A stretch of DNA of 8,330 bases from a virus (Duplodnaviria; Heunggongvirae; Uroviricota; Caudoviricetes), in the IMG/VR virus record IMGVR_UViG_2537562231_000028. One strand, 5' to 3'. Position numbers and translations under genes: made by a program. Shown here in pieces: positions 6,629 to 8,330 of the stretch (position 1 is the first letter of the stretch; the number at the start of each line of letters is the position of its first letter). Under the pieces are notes generated by a model. The model did not search any database, was not told the origin of the DNA, and saw nothing but the letters and a program-made list of their open reading frames with translations.

Positions 6629-6680
6629 GGGGGGGGGAGTGTTCCGGCCGGAAAGTCGATCGCCCTGGACACCGCCCCCC
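6629..6680. promoter_or_regulatory. G9 / C6-flanked imperfect dyad containing nested palindromes
   Basis: G-run 6629-6637 and C-run 6675-6680. GGGGGGGAGTGTTCC (6631-6645) pairs imperfectly with GGACACCGCCCCCC (6667-6680). Loop holds the palindromes CCGGCCGG (6643-6650) and CGATCG (6657-6662). No downstream T-run. Confidence 0.35.
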
Positions 6681-6709
6681 GTCTCATTCGTAGAAAATTT
6701 TGCTTTTCA

Positions 6710-6733
6710 AAAAAGTTACACGAAAAGTTACAC
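6710..6733 (+). repeat. Tandem AAAAGTTACAC repeat (2 copies) upstream of terS
   Basis: AAAAAGTTACAC at 6710-6721 and GAAAAGTTACAC at 6722-6733. Same core as the repeats inside terS at 6953-6986. Confidence 0.6.
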
Positions 6734-6755
6734 CCCCTCAAAACGAGGTTTTTGC

Positions 6756-7244
6756 ATGGCATTAACGACCAAAAAAAAGCGGTTTGCTGATGCGTTATCA
6801 AGGGGCGCAAATCCCACGGAAGCCGCTATACATGCGGGATACAGCGAAAAGACCGCAAGGGTCAAAGGCTGGCAGCTATCCAACGATCCTGAGGTGAAAA
6901 AGTATCTTAAGGCTGTAACTCCTGATGTAACTTTTCAGGTTACAAAACCGAAAAAAGTTACAAAGAAAGTTACCGAAAAAGTTACACCGGAACGGGCATC
7001 AATTAACACCATTGAGATGATGGATAACGGCCTACCCGACCCCATCAAAGCAATGGGCAGGATACTGATTGACAACATGGACACAGATCCAAAACTGGCT
7101 TTAGATGCCGCGTTTAAGCTGGCCCAGTTCACCCACCGCAAGATCGGCAGCATTGGGAAAAAAGAGGTTAAAAAACTCAATGCCGCTAGTGTCTACTCAA
7201 ATCGGTTCCCCATCCCTAAGCCACCAACAGACTTAAAACACTGA
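6756..7244 (+). CDS. terS: Terminase small subunit (TerS) with N-terminal HTH
   Basis: 162 aa from ATG 6756 (CGAGG 8 nt upstream); the track ORF from 6639 is an unlikely extension. KKKRFADALSRGANPTEAAIHAGYSEKTARVKGWQLSNDPEVKKYL matches the TerS N-terminal HTH pattern (AAI-AGYS-KTA). Confidence 0.7.
   Translation: MALTTKKKRFADALSRGANPTEAAIHAGYSEKTARVKGWQLSNDPEVKKYLKAVTPDVTFQVTKPKKVTKKVTEKVTPERASINTIEMMDNGLPDPIKAMGRILIDNMDTDPKLALDAAFKLAQFTHRKIGSIGKKEVKKLNAASVYSNRFPIPKPPTDLKH
6915..6986 (+). repeat. Cluster of six GTTAC/GTAAC-core repeats inside terS, including three tandem AAAGTTAC(A) units
   Basis: GTAACT at 6915-6920 and 6927-6932; GGTTACA 6939-6945; AGTTACA 6957-6963; AGTTACC 6969-6975; AGTTACA 6980-6986. 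Encodes the KVT-repeat linker KPKKVTKKVTEKVTPE. Confidence 0.6.
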
Positions 7245-7255
7245 GGTAGCGAACT

Positions 7256-7417
7256 ATGAGCGAATACATCACAGACCCTATTGATGTACTCACGGAAATC
7301 ATGAACGACAAGCAGCAGTCGACCGAAATACGGTTACAGGCCGCCGCTGTTCTGATGCCATATTTTCACGAAACACTAAACCCGTGCTTCCAGGAGGAGG
7401 AAGAAGATGATCTGTAA
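7256..7417 (+). CDS. Hypothetical small acidic-tailed protein (53 aa); absent from the supplied ORF track
   Basis: ATG 7256 lies 11 nt after the terS stop, with GAGGT upstream. Hand translation: MSEYITDPIDVLTEIMNDKQQSTEIRLQAAAVLMPYFHETLNPCFQEEEEDDL. Its 3' end overlaps the start of the capsid gene. Confidence 0.4.
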   Translation: MSEYITDPIDVLTEIMNDKQQSTEIRLQAAAVLMPYFHETLNPCFQEEEEDDL

Positions 7418-8330
7418 AAACATGAAAGGCGTGTCAGCAGTTCGCGCCGCCAGCGTGCTGGCATCGTGTAAATTTAGCCATGCTGACGCTATAGAGATGA
7501 CGAAAAGAAATGATCCGGCAGTATCGTTATTTCTTGAAAAATCCGTAGTAGCAGGAATGAACACGGATAACATGCCGTCGCTGGTGGCAGAGCCGATAGT
7601 AAGAGAGCTTGGCGAGTATATTTTTTCGCAGTCTGTACCAGGCAAGCTAATCAGCAGCGCGCTAAATCTTCCTTTTGGCGCAAAATTGCAGTCAATATCA
7701 GGCAAGGGCAGTAAATGGCTTAAAGAAGCCGAAGAAATCCCTGTCAAAGAGGGAGAAGTAAACGAAAGTGCGCTAAAACTGTGCAAACTTGGCGCTATTG
7801 TGATGCTGAATAACGAGCTAATCAAATTTAGCACCCCTGGTACAAATTCAGCGATCAGAGACTTGATCACATCGGAATCGGTGAAAGAAATAGATAAAAA
7901 ATTTCTTTCCAGTGACCAGGAGGTGGCTGGCGTATCCCCTGAGGGCGTGCTTAATGGTGCTGATGAGGCCGAAAACTTCATAGAGCTTTTCAAAAAGCAC
8001 ATAGCGAACGGTAACACGCTTTCCACGTCGTCGCTAATCTTGCCCGTAGAAAACGCCTTACAGCTTACTGATGCTGAGTTCTGGCAGATAGAGCTTTTGA
8101 GAATACCGGTAATTGTGAGCGAACAGGCGGATCGCATGATGCTGATAGACGCTCAAAAGCTGATTATTAACGTTGAAGCCACGGTTATAACCCCAACTGA
8201 TGAGGCGGTAATAAAAACCGAATCAGGGGCGGTTAGCCTTTTCCAGAATGACGCTACAGCGTTCAGGGCAATCACCTATTGCGGATGGCAAAAACTCGAT
8301 AAGGCCGTCACCGTTCTGGCGAAAAGCTGA
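7407..8330 (+). CDS. Putative major capsid protein, HK97-like fold (candidate; no N-terminal delta domain apparent)
   Basis: 307 aa. AGGAGGAGG 6 nt before ATG 7407. KLGAIVMLNNELIKFS ... AIRDLITSESVKEIDKKFLSSDQEVAGVSPEGVLNG resembles the HK97-family pattern of a hydrophobic strand followed by a Gly-rich P-x-G-hh-N-G loop (compare HK97 gp5 LLNGDGTGDNLEGL). Call made by eye. Confidence 0.5.
   Translation: MICKNMKGVSAVRAASVLASCKFSHADAIEMTKRNDPAVSLFLEKSVVAGMNTDNMPSLVAEPIVRELGEYIFSQSVPGKLISSALNLPFGAKLQSISGKGSKWLKEAEEIPVKEGEVNESALKLCKLGAIVMLNNELIKFSTPGTNSAIRDLITSESVKEIDKKFLSSDQEVAGVSPEGVLNGADEAENFIELFKKHIANGNTLSTSSLILPVENALQLTDAEFWQIELLRIPVIVSEQADRMMLIDAQKLIINVEATVITPTDEAVIKTESGAVSLFQNDATAFRAITYCGWQKLDKAVTVLAKS

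Larger units (their letters stand above)
1..8330 (+). mobile_element. Integrase-proximal part of a phage satellite (PICI-like / P4-like, probably capsid-forming); the element continues past the right edge
   Basis: Gene order int - alpA - leftward regulator - small-gene operon - primase/helicase - iteron ori - terS - capsid gene, with all large genes on the + strand and tight overlaps. No terL, portal or tail genes in the window. Confidence 0.7.

Noticed and set aside
6639-6755. Longer terS ORF starting at 6639 (201 aa)
   Set aside because: The first 39 codons cover the palindrome and repeat region with no RBS. ATG 6756 has a plausible RBS and begins exactly at the recognisable TerS HTH domain.
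7376-8137. 253-aa minus-strand ORF inside the capsid gene
   Set aside because: Antisense to the better-supported + strand gene, which has a strong RBS and a family-like motif. Ser-rich low-complexity product.
1-8330. tRNA or other structured RNA genes
   Set aside because: No cloverleaf-compatible segment with a conserved T-loop-like GTTC or acceptor-stem arrangement was seen. A P4-type integration target would more likely lie upstream of position 1, outside the window.

Overview
This window reads as the integrase-proximal half of a phage satellite of the PICI / P4-like type in an enterobacterial-style genome, not an ordinary chromosomal region. Left to right: a P4-type tyrosine integrase (1-1242), a small self-contained transcription unit with phased A-tracts and an intrinsic terminator, an AlpA/Vis-family regulator (1739-1945), a leftward ribbon-helix-helix-like regulator (2328-2507) facing a repeat-rich control region, a rightward operon of five translationally coupled small genes ending in a primase/helicase with a P-loop (3791-5545), an iteron-type origin (about 5554-5790), more small genes, a small terminase subunit (6756-7244) and a putative HK97-fold major capsid protein (7407-8330). 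No large terminase lies between terS and the capsid gene, which fits a capsid-forming satellite that borrows the helper phage's TerL. The parts most worth a second look are an AT-rich two-gene cassette inside the pre-primase operon (3066-3489, about 41% GC against about 55% flanking, hand-counted), AAAGTTACA repeats upstream of and inside terS (candidate pac site), and the modular iteron origin. All protein family calls are from reading motifs by eye; no searches were run.
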